64,000 nt of DNA from Candidatus Sericytochromatia bacterium (GCA_036676495.1 JAKFCT010000010.1:1-64000), one strand, 5' to 3'; shown: positions 47,358-57,914, numbered from the stretch's first letter. Notes: generated from the letters alone by a model not told the origin. Numbers and translations: made by a program.

Positions 47358-47654
47358 ATGTATACCGAGCAAACGCTAACCTGTGCCGATTGCGGCACGC
47401 AGTTTCCCTTCACGGCTTCCGAGCAGCAGTTCTACGCGGAGAAAGGCTTCACCAGCGCCCCGCGCCGCTGCAAGCCCTGCCGCGCCGCGGCCAAGGCGAG
47501 CCGGGGCGATCAAGGCGGCAGCCGGGGTGCCAGCTTCGGCACGCCGCGCGAGATGCACGAGGCCGTCTGCAGCGCCTGCGGCGTGACCACCCAGGTGCCC
47601 TTCAAGCCCAGCGGCTCGAAACCCGTTTATTGCCGGGATTGCTTCCGGCGCTAG
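47358..47654 (+). CDS. Zinc-ribbon + CxxC-x17-CxxC domain protein
   Basis: LTCADCG..F.FTASEQ.FY.EKGF..PRRC..CR; C..CG..VPFKP...PVYCRDCF. Confidence 0.9.
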   Translation: MYTEQTLTCADCGTQFPFTASEQQFYAEKGFTSAPRRCKPCRAAAKASRGDQGGSRGASFGTPREMHEAVCSACGVTTQVPFKPSGSKPVYCRDCFRR

Positions 47655-47703
47655 GCGACGACTTCCCCACGCAGTCTGACTCCTCATCAGGGCCGGGCGT
47701 ACG

Positions 47704-47741
47704 ACGTCCCCGCGAGCCACATCTCGCGGGGACGTTTTCTT
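47704..47741 (+). terminator. Intrinsic terminator
   Basis: acgtccccgcgag-ccacat-ctcgcggggacgt-tttctt. Confidence 0.75.
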
Positions 47742-47883
47742 TGCGCGCAAGCATGATCGGCGCGCTCCGGGCCGATAACCCCCCTACGAGCCCGAAGGCG
47801 CCTGACGCGAATGGCTTGGCCATTCGCTTTGCTGGTAAAATGACTGAGTTTCCCCCGTCACGCCAAGCGATCCCTGACAAGGA

Positions 47884-49413
47884 GTGTTCGTGGTCACCGA
47901 ATCCACCCCCGTCGCCAGTCCGGCGCCGAAGCCGCCGAGCTTCCTGGAGCAGATCCGCTCCTTCAACCGAGCCTACTGGGCCTGCAACCTCATGGAGCTC
48001 ATCGAGCGCTGGGCCTACTACGGCGTCCGCACCGTGCTCTCGCTCTACATCGTCGACGCCGTCTCCCGCGGTGGCCTCGAGTTCACCCATATCCAAAAGG
48101 GCAGCATCTACGCCTGGTGGGCCCTCATCCAATCCCTGCTCCCGCTCTTCACCGGCGGCTTCGCCGACCGCTACGGCTACAAGAATACCGTCGCCTTCTC
48201 GATCTCCATCAAGATCGCGGGCTACGTGCTCATGGCCACCCAGCACAGCTACTGGGGCTTCTTCCTGGGCTGCATGCTGCTCGCCACCGGTACGGCCGTC
48301 TTCAAGCCAGGCGTCCAGGGAATCATCGCCAACGCCACCAAGGACAGCAACGCCGCGGTGGGCTGGGGCGTCTTCTACGCCATGGTCAACATCGGCGGCT
48401 TCATCGGTCCCTGGACCGCCGGTTACCTGCGCATCCTGGACTGGTCCTACGTCTTCTACGCCAACGCCGCGCTGGTCGCGCTCAACTTCCTGATCCTGCC
48501 GTTCTTCAAGGAGCCCGAACGCCCCAGCTTCGACGCCGGCACCGCGAAGAACCCGCTCCAGGAAGCGGCGCAGATCCTGGTGGTCTCCGTGAAGAACGTC
48601 TTCGAGCCCCGGCTCGCGGCCTTCCTCGTGATCTTCTCGGGCTTCTGGCTGATGTTCATGCAGCTCTTCGACCTGCTTCCCAACTTCATCGACGACTGGG
48701 TCGACTCGTCCGGCCTGATGCTCAGCGTGGGCCAGCTCTTCGGCAACCAGGGCATGATCGCCGCCGCCCAGGCCGGCCAGCAGATCCAGCCGGAGTGGAT
48801 GATCAACATCGACGCCGGGGCGATCGTCTTCCTGATGGTTCCCATCGCCGCCCTCTTCAGCCGCATGAAGGCCCTCCACTCGATCATCTGGGGCATCCTG
48901 ATCTCGGTCATCGGCATCGTGCTCGCCGGCGCCTCCATGAACGGCGCCTTGGTCGCCTTCGGCATCTTCATCTTCGCGGTCGGCGAGATGATGTCGAGCC
49001 CCAAGAAGATGGAGTACCTCTCCGAGATCGCTCCTCCCGACAAGAAGGGCCTGTACATGGGCTACGCCAACGTGCCGCTCGCCATCGGCTGGGGCATCGG
49101 CTCCTCGCTGGGCGGCTACATGTACCAGCACTTCGGAGACAAGGTGACCCTCGCCAAGCAGTACATGGCCACCAAGCTGAACATGAGCCAGGCCGCCCTC
49201 GACGCCCTCCCCAAGGAGGAGGTCATGACCACCTTGGCGGCCCAGCTCGGCAAGACGCCCCGCGAAGCCACCGAGCTGCTCTTCGCGGTCTACCAGCCCC
49301 AGCAGATCTGGTACGTGTTCGGAGCGGTGGGACTGGCCTCCATGATCGGCCTCGTCATCTACGACCAGGTGCTCACCCGGATGGCCGCCAAGAAGGCGTC
49401 CCTGGCCTCCTGA
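47884..49413 (+). CDS. POT/PTR-like MFS peptide transporter
   Basis: ELIERWAYYG (ExxER), GGFADRYG, FKP, FYAMVNIG, GEMMSSP. Confidence 0.85.
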   Translation: MFVVTESTPVASPAPKPPSFLEQIRSFNRAYWACNLMELIERWAYYGVRTVLSLYIVDAVSRGGLEFTHIQKGSIYAWWALIQSLLPLFTGGFADRYGYKNTVAFSISIKIAGYVLMATQHSYWGFFLGCMLLATGTAVFKPGVQGIIANATKDSNAAVGWGVFYAMVNIGGFIGPWTAGYLRILDWSYVFYANAALVALNFLILPFFKEPERPSFDAGTAKNPLQEAAQILVVSVKNVFEPRLAAFLVIFSGFWLMFMQLFDLLPNFIDDWVDSSGLMLSVGQLFGNQGMIAAAQAGQQIQPEWMINIDAGAIVFLMVPIAALFSRMKALHSIIWGILISVIGIVLAGASMNGALVAFGIFIFAVGEMMSSPKKMEYLSEIAPPDKKGLYMGYANVPLAIGWGIGSSLGGYMYQHFGDKVTLAKQYMATKLNMSQAALDALPKEEVMTTLAAQLGKTPREATELLFAVYQPQQIWYVFGAVGLASMIGLVIYDQVLTRMAAKKASLAS

Positions 49414-49620
49414 CGCGAGTTCCGTCATCCCCACAGCCGCCGCGATGCCCGAGCATCGCGGCGGCTGTGCGCTCCAACCCTTTAGACCCGATCCCGGCAG
49501 GCCGCATGTAGGCTTGATCCTCGGTCAATCGATTCGTAATACCCCAAACAGTCCGCCATGGAACAATCTGGGCTCAGGAGTCGTTCGACAAGTAGGCACC
49601 CTACCGAAAGGAGATCGAAG

Positions 49621-49998
49621 ATGCTCAGGACCCTCATGCTGGCAGCTCTCGCGGTCGGATTCACGTCGCTGGCGGCCCCCCCTGCCGCCGCAGCCGTTTG
49701 GCCGGCCGTGGACGCGCAAGTCATCATCCAGCCGCGCATCGTGATCGGGAACCCGCAACCCGTCGTCCGGGAGCGGGTCGTCGTGGAGCGTGAACGGCCG
49801 GTCGTCCGGGAGCGCGTGATCGTCGAGCGCCCCCGGCCCGTCGTCCGGGAGCGGATCGTGATCGTGGAGAAGCATCCGAAGCATAAGCATAAACACAAGC
49901 ATGAAAAGCACTACTACCAGGATCGTCACCCGCACCACCCCGGGTACCCCGGGTACTACGATCGCCCCGTGGAGAAGGTGGTGGTGATCCGGCGCTAA
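49621..49998 (+). CDS. Small secreted protein with 13-aa repeats and His/Lys tract
   Basis: AAGGAG RBS, signal peptide, PVVRERVVVERER-like x3, KHKHKHKH. Confidence 0.75.
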   Translation: MLRTLMLAALAVGFTSLAAPPAAAAVWPAVDAQVIIQPRIVIGNPQPVVRERVVVERERPVVRERVIVERPRPVVRERIVIVEKHPKHKHKHKHEKHYYQDRHPHHPGYPGYYDRPVEKVVVIRR

Positions 49999-50009
49999 GC
50001 GCTCCGGAA

Positions 50010-50069
50010 CCCATGGAGAAGGCGGTCCCCGGGGTGACTCAACACCCCGGGGACCGCCTTCTCCATGGG
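50010..50069. repeat. Perfect 27-bp inverted repeat between convergent genes
   Basis: cccatggagaaggcggtccccggggtg-actcaa-caccccggggaccgccttctccatggg. Confidence 0.9.
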
Positions 50070-50074
50070 CTAGG

Positions 50075-51385
50075 CTAGAGGCAGGTACAAAGTTCGGTCT
50101 CGCCGCCGCTCATGTCGTTGGGATGCAGCGCGGTCCAGCTCAAGCGCGCCCGGTAGGAATCGAAGTCCCGGATCGGCCGCCGCGCGAGTCCAGCGGCCAT
50201 GGCGGCCTGGGCGACGGCCGAGGCCACCCAGGTGAGCGCCCGCGGGTCGAACGGTTTGGGGATGATGTAGTCCGGGCCGAAGGCGAGCGGGGTGGCATCG
50301 TAGGCCCGGTAGACCTCGGGCGGGACCTCCTGCTTGGCCAGTTCCGCCAGGGCCCGGACGGCGGCGAGCTTCATCTCGTCGCTGATGGTGCGGGCCCGGA
50401 CGTCGAGGGCTCCTCGGAAGATGTACGGGAAGCAAAGGACGTTGTTGATCTGGTTGGGGAAATCGGAGCGCCCGGTGCCCATGAGGATGTCGGGGCGCAC
50501 CGCCTTGGCGACGTCGTAAGGAATCTCGGGTTCGGGGTTGGCGAGCGCGAAGACGATGGCGCGCGGCGCCAGGGTCCGGATCATCTCCGGACTGACCAGG
50601 CCATGGGTGGAGAGGCCCACGAAGACGTCGGCTCCGACCATCGCCTCGGCGAGGGTGCGATGCGGGGTCTCCACCGCGAACTCGGCGGTGTAGGGGTTCA
50701 TGCGCTCGGTGCGACCTTGGTAGATCACGCCACCGGAGTTCACCATCACGAGGTTCTCCCGGCGCAAGCCGAGCTTGAGGAAGAGCTTCGCGCAGGAGAC
50801 GGCGGCGGCGCCGGAGCCGCTGAAGACGACCTTGGCCTCCGAGATCTCCCGGTCCGTGAGCTCCAGGGCGTTGAGGAGGGCCGCTGCGGTGATGATGGCC
50901 GTCCCGTGCTGGTCGTCATGAAAGACCGGGATGTCGAGTTCGGCCTTGAGGCGCTCCTCGATCATGAAGCATTCCGGGGCCTTGATGTCCTCGAGGTTGA
51001 TCCCTCCGAAGGTGGGGGCGATCGCCTTCACCGTCTGGATGAAGCGTTCGGGGTCCTCCTCGGCGACCTCGATGTCGAAGACGTCGAGATCCGCGAAGCG
51101 CTTGAAGAGAATCCCCTTGCCCTCCATGACGGGCTTACCCGCGAGCGGCCCGATGTTGCCCAAACCGAGCACGGCCGTTCCGTTGGTGATGACTCCGACG
51201 AGGTTCCCCTTCGCCGTATACTCGTAGGCGGTCTCCGGATCGCGCGCGATCTCGAGGCAAGGCTCCGCCACCCCCGGGGAATAAGCCAGCGACAGGTCCT
51301 TCTGGGTGAGGCAAGGCTTGGTGGGCGTCACGGCGATCTTGCCCTTCCGTCCCCGCGAGTGGTAGTTCAATGCGTCCATGTTCAC
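50075..51385 (-). CDS. Malic enzyme, MaeB-type catalytic part without PTA domain
   Basis: [49 protein letters not shown]. Confidence 0.9.
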   Translation of the reverse strand: MNMDALNYHSRGRKGKIAVTPTKPCLTQKDLSLAYSPGVAEPCLEIARDPETAYEYTAKGNLVGVITNGTAVLGLGNIGPLAGKPVMEGKGILFKRFADLDVFDIEVAEEDPERFIQTVKAIAPTFGGINLEDIKAPECFMIEERLKAELDIPVFHDDQHGTAIITAAALLNALELTDREISEAKVVFSGSGAAAVSCAKLFLKLGLRRENLVMVNSGGVIYQGRTERMNPYTAEFAVETPHRTLAEAMVGADVFVGLSTHGLVSPEMIRTLAPRAIVFALANPEPEIPYDVAKAVRPDILMGTGRSDFPNQINNVLCFPYIFRGALDVRARTISDEMKLAAVRALAELAKQEVPPEVYRAYDATPLAFGPDYIIPKPFDPRALTWVASAVAQAAMAAGLARRPIRDFDSYRARLSWTALHPNDMSGGETELCTCL

Positions 51386-51646
51386 GGCGCGTTCCTCCTT
51401 TTCATGCCGGCTATTATAGTCCGATTATTCGTGCATGAAAGCGTGGATTCCCCGATTCTTCGATGTTTTCATGTGAAATCACGGGGGCTCTGCCTCCGTG
51501 CGCATGATTTCCCCGGAGCGAGTCGCGGTTTCTGCGTATTCCCCCGCAGAAACGACGCTGAATCCATCCGTTCTGTGAATATGCAAAGAAATCTCGCGAA
51601 TACGTTCAACCCTTCACCTGAGGCGCCCACCGGCGGATGCTGCTGC

Positions 51647-51695
51647 TTGACAAGGCGGCGCGCGGGATCTAGGCTACATGAGAATCATTCGCATT
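51647..51695 (+). promoter_or_regulatory. Sigma70 promoter with Fur-like box
   Basis: TTGACA-17-TAGGCT then ATGAGAATCATTCGCATT (51678..51695). Confidence 0.7.
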
Positions 51696-51735
51696 ATCCG
51701 GAAGAGCATGCCTCTTCCCTCACCCTGGGGATCGC

Positions 51736-52908
51736 ATGAAGACATCAACCTCGTTTACCTGGCGCACGCTCTTTCTCACGCTGCACCGCTGGCTCGGACT
51801 CGCGAGCGGCGCGATCGTGGCCATCCTCTGCCTGAGCGGGACGCTGCTCGCGCTCCAGGGTCCCGTCGAATCCTGGGTCAACCGCGACGTGCTTCACGTC
51901 TCGCCCCAGGGCCAGAAGATGGCCCTGGAGACCCTGGTGCCTCAGGTCGTCGAAGGAGCGAAGAAGCCCTTCACGGCGCTCGTGCTCATGCCCGGCGAAA
52001 CGGACGCGCTGCAGTTCATGCAGGGCCGCCAGATCACCTACGTGAACCCGTATACGGGCGAGGTGCTGGGGGGATTCAACCCCGTCGTCTCCGGGGCCTT
52101 CTTCTGGGTCTTCCGGCTGCATCGCTGGCTCTTGCTGGAAACGCCGATCGGCAGGCCGATCACGGGCGCTGCGACGGTGATCTTCCTCTTCGTCTTGCTG
52201 AGCGGCCTGCTGATCTGGTGGCCGAAGCGGATGAGCGGCCTTAAACGCGCCCTGACGATGCGCCCCAAGGTCAACTGGAAGGGCCGCAACTACGACCTTC
52301 ACGTGGTCCTCGGGTTCTACTCCCTGATCCCGCTCGCCATCATGGGGGCTTCCGCGCTCTACTGGTCCTACAATCCCGCGTTCAAGCAGGTGGTCTACGC
52401 CGTCCTGGACGGCAGCGCGCCTCCCGTCACGGCGCCGGAGAGCAAGCCTCCAGCGCGGCGGGACGCGCCTCCGGTGACCGCGCTCCCCTATTCGCGCCTC
52501 GTGGCGCAAACTCACGCGGCTTACCCCTACCGGGGCCCGATTCGCCTCACTTTCCCTGCGAAAGCCGACCAGCCGGTCGAAGTGGCCAAGACCCACGCGC
52601 CGACCGCGATCAGCTTGCCATACGTCGATCGCCTGAAGTTGGACGCCCGGACGGGAGCGCTCGTCACGCGCGAGCCGTTCGCCGAGAAGACGCGCGCGGA
52701 GAAGCTGCTCTCGCTCATCAAGCACATCCACCTCGGCACCGTCTACGGGGGCCTGTCGCTGACGCTTTACGTGCTCGCCTGCCTCATCGGCACCAGCCTG
52801 CCGATCACGGGCTTCATCTACTGGCTGATCAAGCGGAACGCGCGGCGGCCGCGCGCTCCCCTGGCTCCCGTGACGGACGTGGCCGCGTCGACCGTCGCAA
52901 GCCCCTAG
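51736..52908 (+). CDS. PepSY-associated TM helix (iron-regulated membrane) protein
   Basis: LHRWLGL, YVNPYTGEVLG, LHRWLL, SGLLIWWP, DLHVVLG, IHLG. Confidence 0.9.
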   Translation: MKTSTSFTWRTLFLTLHRWLGLASGAIVAILCLSGTLLALQGPVESWVNRDVLHVSPQGQKMALETLVPQVVEGAKKPFTALVLMPGETDALQFMQGRQITYVNPYTGEVLGGFNPVVSGAFFWVFRLHRWLLLETPIGRPITGAATVIFLFVLLSGLLIWWPKRMSGLKRALTMRPKVNWKGRNYDLHVVLGFYSLIPLAIMGASALYWSYNPAFKQVVYAVLDGSAPPVTAPESKPPARRDAPPVTALPYSRLVAQTHAAYPYRGPIRLTFPAKADQPVEVAKTHAPTAISLPYVDRLKLDARTGALVTREPFAEKTRAEKLLSLIKHIHLGTVYGGLSLTLYVLACLIGTSLPITGFIYWLIKRNARRPRAPLAPVTDVAASTVASP

Positions 52909-52921
52909 CCTGCACGGCACC

Positions 52922-52947
52922 AGGCCTCGGAGGGTCCGAGGCCTTTT
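52922..52947 (+). terminator. Intrinsic terminator
   Basis: aggcctcgga-ggg-tccgaggcct-ttt. Confidence 0.7.
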
Positions 52948-52970
52948 GCGGGCACTCCGCCGCTCCTGCC

Positions 52971-53255
52971 CTAGTCGAAGTCGAAAAGCTCGCCGAGGAA
53001 GGACTTGGGCTTCTTCTTGTAGCCGTGACTTTCCCGCGGGGAGTCGTACGATTGCCGCGCAGGCCGTGACGGGTACGCCGTTTGCTGCGGATAAGCCGAC
53101 TGGGAAGGCGCCCCCACGGGCGCCGAGCGCTCGATAATCTTGTCGAGCTCCCCGCGATCCAGCCAGACGCCGCGGCACTGCGGGCAGTAATCGATCTCGA
53201 TCCCTTGACGATCGCTCATCATGAGCGCCACCTTACAAATCGGACACGTCATCAT
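52971..53255 (-). CDS. zf-TFIIB domain protein
   Basis: CPIC...[32 protein letters not shown]. Confidence 0.9.
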   Translation of the reverse strand: MMTCPICKVALMMSDRQGIEIDYCPQCRGVWLDRGELDKIIERSAPVGAPSQSAYPQQTAYPSRPARQSYDSPRESHGYKKKPKSFLGELFDFD

Positions 53256-53392
53256 CCCCTCCTTTGAGAAACAGCACCATGGTCCCATATCCGGGCCGCG
53301 AGATCCATCCGAGCGGCTGCACCGCCGTTCCGGCTCATCGCCTGGCGATCAGCCGGAACGGCGGTCTTTCCGAGACGGACGTCGAGGGGGTT

Positions 53393-53447
53393 GGCAAATA
53401 TACCCTAGGGGGGTATCATGCTCATACCCCCCTAGGGTATATTTGCC
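53393..53447. promoter_or_regulatory. Tandem CsoR/CstR-type operator
   Basis: Two ATACCC..GGGTAT sites forming a perfect 24-bp inverted repeat upstream of trxA. Confidence 0.75.
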
Positions 53448-53470
53448 GATTTCACGAAGGAGCCTTTCCC

Positions 53471-53794
53471 ATGTCCCAGCCGATTCCCGTCGACGCGACC
53501 CGCTTCGCCGAGGAGGTCCTCCAGTCCTCCCAACCCGTGCTCGTGGACTTCTGGGCCCCCTGGTGCGGCCCCTGCCGCATGGTGGCCCCGGTCCTCGAGG
53601 AGGTGGCTCGCGCTCACCATGACAAGCTCAAGGTCATCAAGGTCAACACGGACGAGAACCCGGGCATCGCCAGCCAGTACGGCATCATGAGCATCCCGAC
53701 CCTCATGCTCTTCAAGGACGGAGCGGTGGTCGACCGGATGGTCGGCTACATGCCGAAGTCGACCCTGGAGAGCCGGCTCATCCCCCAGCTCTAG
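53471..53794 (+). CDS. trxA: Thioredoxin
   Basis: [16 protein letters not shown]. Confidence 0.95.
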   Translation: MSQPIPVDATRFAEEVLQSSQPVLVDFWAPWCGPCRMVAPVLEEVARAHHDKLKVIKVNTDENPGIASQYGIMSIPTLMLFKDGAVVDRMVGYMPKSTLESRLIPQL

Positions 53795-53808
53795 AAGGAG
53801 CCTGCACC

Positions 53809-55458
53809 ATGAAACTGGTCATCATCGGCGGGGTCGCCGCCGGAGCGACCGCGGCGGCACGCGCCCGCCGCATCAGCGAAGACGCCGCGATCACGCTCTT
53901 CGAACGCGGCCCGTACGTCTCTTATGCCAACTGCGGCCTCCCGTACTTCCTCTCGGGCGACATCCCCGACCGCGCCGACCTCTTGCTTCAGACGCCCGAG
54001 GGCTTTGACGCACGCTACGGCGTCAAGGTCCGGGTGAACACCGAGATCGTGGCCATCGATCGCCCGCAGAAGCGGGTCCTGTCGCGGGGCCCCGCTGGCG
54101 ACGAGTGGGTGCCTTACGACAAGCTCATCCTGGCTCAGGGAGGCCAGCCCCTCATGCCGCCGATCCCGGGGATGGACCGGCCCAATGTCTTCAAGCTCTG
54201 GACCGTGCCGGACATGGATCGCATCCATGACGTGCTCGCGAGCGGCGCGCCCCAGACCGCGGTCGTGGTCGGCGGCGGCTTCATCGGGCTCGAGATGGCC
54301 GAGGCGTTCCGGAAGCGCGGCCTCGCCACCACCGTCGTCGAGCTGCAAAGCCACGTCATGGCGGTGATGGATCCCGAGTACGGCCGCCGGGTCGCTTCAG
54401 AGCTCGAGGAGAACGGGGTCTCGGTCGTCTCCGGAGCCGGGGTCCAGGCCGTGCATGAGCGGACGGTGGAGCTCAGCGATGGCCGGCAGCTTCCTGCGGA
54501 TCTCGTGCTCTTCTCCGTGGGGGTGCGGCCCGAGTTGCGGCTGGCCAAGGAAGCAGGACTTGAAATCGGCCCCTCGGGCGGCTTGCAGGTCAATGAGCAC
54601 CTGCAGACGTCCGATCCCGACATCTACGCGGCCGGAGACATGGTGGAAGTCACCCAGCGCGTCTCGGGGCGCCGGATCCGGGTGCCGCTCGCCGGTCCCG
54701 CGAATCGTCAGGGGCGGATCGCGGCCTCGAACGCCCTGGGGCAGGCCATGGGCTACTCCGGCGCCCTCGGGACCAGCGTCGTGAAAATCTTCGAGGCGAC
54801 CGCGGCCATGACCGGGCTCAGCGAGAAGGCCGCCCGCGAGGTGGGCTTCTCCGTGGGCGTGGCCATCCTCCACAAGGACCACCATGCCGGCTACTACCCC
54901 GGGGCGGAGGAAATCGCCCTGAAGCTCGTCTACGATCGTCCGAGTGCCCGGTTACTGGGAGCGCAAGCCTTTGGGCGGGCGGGGGTGGAGAAGCGCATCG
55001 ACGTGCTGGCGACCGCGCTGCACGGCCAGTTCACGCTCGACGATCTCGCCGAGCTGGACCTCGCGTACGCTCCGCCCTATTCCTCGGCCAACGATCCCGT
55101 CAACCTGGCGGCGTTCATCGGGCTCAACGATTGCTCGGGCTTCAGCCCGCTCGTCACTCCCGCCGCGCTCAAGGCCGAGCTCGCGTCGGGCGAGGCCCTC
55201 GTGCTCGACGTCCGGAAGGACTCCGAGTACGCGCGTTCGCACCTGAAAGGCGCCCGTCACATCCCGGTGGACGACCTGCGCGCGCGCCTCGACGAGTTGC
55301 CACGGGACCGGCGCATCTTCGTTCATTGCCGCTCGGGATTCCGGGCGCACCTGGCGGTACGCCTCTTGAAGGAGCGGGGCTTCGAGCAGGTCTTCAACGT
55401 CACCGGGGGGTATGTCAGCATCCTGGATGAGGGAGGATTCGAGGTGGAGGCCGCATGA
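53809..55458 (+). CDS. CoA-disulfide/persulfide reductase with C-terminal rhodanese domain
   Basis: GGVAAGA, SYANCGLP, GGGFIGLE, YAPPYS, HCRSGFR. Confidence 0.92.
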   Translation: MKLVIIGGVAAGATAAARARRISEDAAITLFERGPYVSYANCGLPYFLSGDIPDRADLLLQTPEGFDARYGVKVRVNTEIVAIDRPQKRVLSRGPAGDEWVPYDKLILAQGGQPLMPPIPGMDRPNVFKLWTVPDMDRIHDVLASGAPQTAVVVGGGFIGLEMAEAFRKRGLATTVVELQSHVMAVMDPEYGRRVASELEENGVSVVSGAGVQAVHERTVELSDGRQLPADLVLFSVGVRPELRLAKEAGLEIGPSGGLQVNEHLQTSDPDIYAAGDMVEVTQRVSGRRIRVPLAGPANRQGRIAASNALGQAMGYSGALGTSVVKIFEATAAMTGLSEKAAREVGFSVGVAILHKDHHAGYYPGAEEIALKLVYDRPSARLLGAQAFGRAGVEKRIDVLATALHGQFTLDDLAELDLAYAPPYSSANDPVNLAAFIGLNDCSGFSPLVTPAALKAELASGEALVLDVRKDSEYARSHLKGARHIPVDDLRARLDELPRDRRIFVHCRSGFRAHLAVRLLKERGFEQVFNVTGGYVSILDEGGFEVEAA

Positions 55459-55802
55459 GTATCTGGACCCTTGCCGTACTGGCCCTGGCGGGCTTCTTCG
55501 TGCTCTCGCGCCTCAGCGGGGGGAAGCGCTCGTCCCCCGAGGCCCTGAAAGCGCGGATTGACGCCGGAGCGCAGATCCTGGACGTGCGCTCCCCGGGGGA
55601 ATTTCACTCGGGCGCGTACCCCGGGGCCCGCAACGTCCCGGTGCAGGATCTGGCGCGTCGGCTCGATGAGCTCGATCCGCGACGGCCGATCGTGGTCTAC
55701 TGCGCCTCCGGAGCCCGCAGCGCGGCGGCCGTCGGCCTGCTGAAAAAAGCGGGCTTCGCGGACGTCGTCAACGCCGGAGGCTTGCGGAACATGCCGCGCT
55801 GA
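55455..55802 (+). CDS. Membrane-anchored rhodanese
   Basis: N-terminal TM helix, DVRSPGEF, YCASGARS. Confidence 0.9.
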   Translation: MSIWTLAVLALAGFFVLSRLSGGKRSSPEALKARIDAGAQILDVRSPGEFHSGAYPGARNVPVQDLARRLDELDPRRPIVVYCASGARSAAAVGLLKKAGFADVVNAGGLRNMPR

Positions 55803-56066
55803 CGACCGCAGCCAGGCTCCTTGGAGGCTCGGCGGCGCCGCCGACCCCAAGGCGGGAGGCGAGGTGAAAAGGTCCCAGCGTCGTTTCCGCCGCGTGGTCA
55901 TCCTCATCCCTGCGGGTCTCAGGTTGCTCCGGGTGACCCGCGCCTCCCGGGGCATGGCCATGGGCGCTATGCGTGTCTGATTGCAGAGGTCACGAGGGAT
56001 CGCTCGAGTCACGATCAGGCGGCGTAGGCTGTGATGGCCAAGGGAACGTCACAACGGAGGAACCGC

Positions 56067-56453
56067 ATGTCGAACCAAACGGAAGCCGTGGATCGCTTTC
56101 TGGGGGCGTTGGAGCATGACTTGAAGGAGGAGATCGCGGCGCTGCGTGCGGAGATCTTGGCCTCCAACCCGGAGATCACCGAGCGCATCAAGTGGAACGC
56201 CCCGAGCTTCTGCGATCGGGGCGAGGATCGGGTGACGTTCAAGTTGAACCGGAAGGATCGCGTCCAGCTCGTCTTCCATCGGGGCGCCAAGGTCAAGGAC
56301 AGCCAGGACTTCGTTTTCGAGGATCCTAGCGGCCTCCTGGTATGGGCAGCCGCCGACCGAGCCGTGGTCACGCTTCAGGAAGCCGCGGAGATGACGGCCA
56401 AGCGCGAGGCGCTCGTCGCCGTGGTGAATCACTGGATGGAACGAACCCGCTGA
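56067..56453 (+). CDS. DUF1801 family protein
   Basis: ERIKWNAPSF, LVFHRGA. Confidence 0.85.
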   Translation: MSNQTEAVDRFLGALEHDLKEEIAALRAEILASNPEITERIKWNAPSFCDRGEDRVTFKLNRKDRVQLVFHRGAKVKDSQDFVFEDPSGLLVWAAADRAVVTLQEAAEMTAKREALVAVVNHWMERTR

Positions 56454-56507
56454 GAGCAGCCTGGGGCGGATCTCAGCGGGAGAGCGAAGCCTGCGAGAGC
56501 CGGTCGG

Positions 56508-57914
56508 CTAGGGGCGATCGTCCCCCGCCGCATCACGCGGGACCACGCGTTCCGCCCCCAACGCAGCAAGCTCGGGAGCAGCCGCCGGGATGGCCGCATC
56601 GAGGGCAATCTCGGGCGCCCGGCGCCGGATCGTGATCGCGTAACAGACCGAGGCCACCCCCAGGGTCAGGGTCACCCAGAGGATGGTCAGCGGGTTGGCG
56701 ATGAGGCTTCCGACCACGCTCCAGCCCACGCCCAGCAGGTAGACGGCAAGGGCGGCCAGCCGCCATCCCGTGATGCCCCCACCCTTGATCTTGAGGATCG
56801 CGCTCGCGCTCAAGGCCCCGAAGATGGCCAGGGTGACGCCCACGCCATTGAGCATGGCCTCGAACGTGTTCGAGAGCAGCATGAGGACGGCCACGCCCAC
56901 GAGCAGGCCGACGGGCCCCACGCCCCCCATACGGCCCGTGGTCCATTTCGCCCAGGAAGGAAGAAAGCGATCGCGGGCCATGGCGTCGCAGATCCAGGGG
57001 CCACTCATGGTCATGGCGATGATGCTCGAGACCAGGATCAGGAAGATCATCGCGGAGGCCAGGCGTCCGCCGATCTCTCCGAGCAAGCGCACCGCCACCA
57101 GGTGACCGAGGGTGATGGACCCGCCCTCGGACTGGGTCGCCAGTTGCAGCTCTTGGGGCGAGAGGGTCGTGACGAAGACGAAATTCAAAAGCAGGTACAT
57201 GAGCGTCACCGCTCCCACGCCCAGCAGCATGGCCCGGGGAACGTTGCGGACGGGATTCTCCACCTGCGAGGCGAGGTAAACCGCGGCACTCCAGCCGGCG
57301 AAGGCGAAACCGACGTAGATCTGGGCGGTGGCGAACGGCAGGCTCATGATGGCGTTCAGGGTCTGCGAGGTCGGCAAGGCGCGCATCGGCTCGCTGATCC
57401 CCGAGAAGAAGGCTCCGCCCAGGAAGACCAAGATGATGCCGAGCTTGAGCACGAACCCGATGTTCTGGACGATCTCTCCCCACTTCAGTCCCGCGGCCTG
57501 CACGGCCCCGAGCCCGAGCAGCACGAAAAGCGCGACGGGCATGGCGATGGACCGCCCCGTCAGCACCTCGGCGTACGCGCCGGCCGCGAGAGCGGCCATG
57601 GCCATGGGCCCCGCGAAGGCGAAGATGAGGGAGACCCAGCCCGCCACGTAACCGGCCAAGGGATGGAAGAGATCATGCAGGTAGCGGTACTCGCCGCCGT
57701 TCAGGGGGATGCGTTGCGCCACCGCGGAATAGCACAGCGCCCCCGCCGCGGCCAAGAGACCTCCGAGCAGCCAGCTCAGGAGGATGGCCGCCGGATCGAG
57801 GTCACTGGCCAGGAACCCGCTGGTGACGAAGACCCCGCTGCCGATCATCGAGGAGATGACCAGTCCCGTGGCACTGAAGAGTCCGAGAGGCTTGGCGAGA
57901 CGGGCTGTGGACAT
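56508..57914 (-). CDS. APC-family amino acid permease (copy 1)
   Basis: SSMIGSGVF, GGEYRY, FAFAGW, NPVRNVPRA. Confidence 0.9.
   Translation of the reverse strand: MSTARLAKPLGLFSATGLVISSMIGSGVFVTSGFLASDLDPAAILLSWLLGGLLAAAGALCYSAVAQRIPLNGGEYRYLHDLFHPLAGYVAGWVSLIFAFAGPMAMAALAAGAYAEVLTGRSIAMPVALFVLLGLGAVQAAGLKWGEIVQNIGFVLKLGIILVFLGGAFFSGISEPMRALPTSQTLNAIMSLPFATAQIYVGFAFAGWSAAVYLASQVENPVRNVPRAMLLGVGAVTLMYLLLNFVFVTTLSPQELQLATQSEGGSITLGHLVAVRLLGEIGGRLASAMIFLILVSSIIAMTMSGPWICDAMARDRFLPSWAKWTTGRMGGVGPVGLLVGVAVLMLLSNTFEAMLNGVGVTLAIFGALSASAILKIKGGGITGWRLAALAVYLLGVGWSVVGSLIANPLTILWVTLTLGVASVCYAITIRRRAPEIALDAAIPAAAPELAALGAERVVPRDAAGDDRP

Noticed and set aside
55864-55980. 38-aa ORF after GGAGG
   Set aside because: No motif and atypical composition; cannot be supported.
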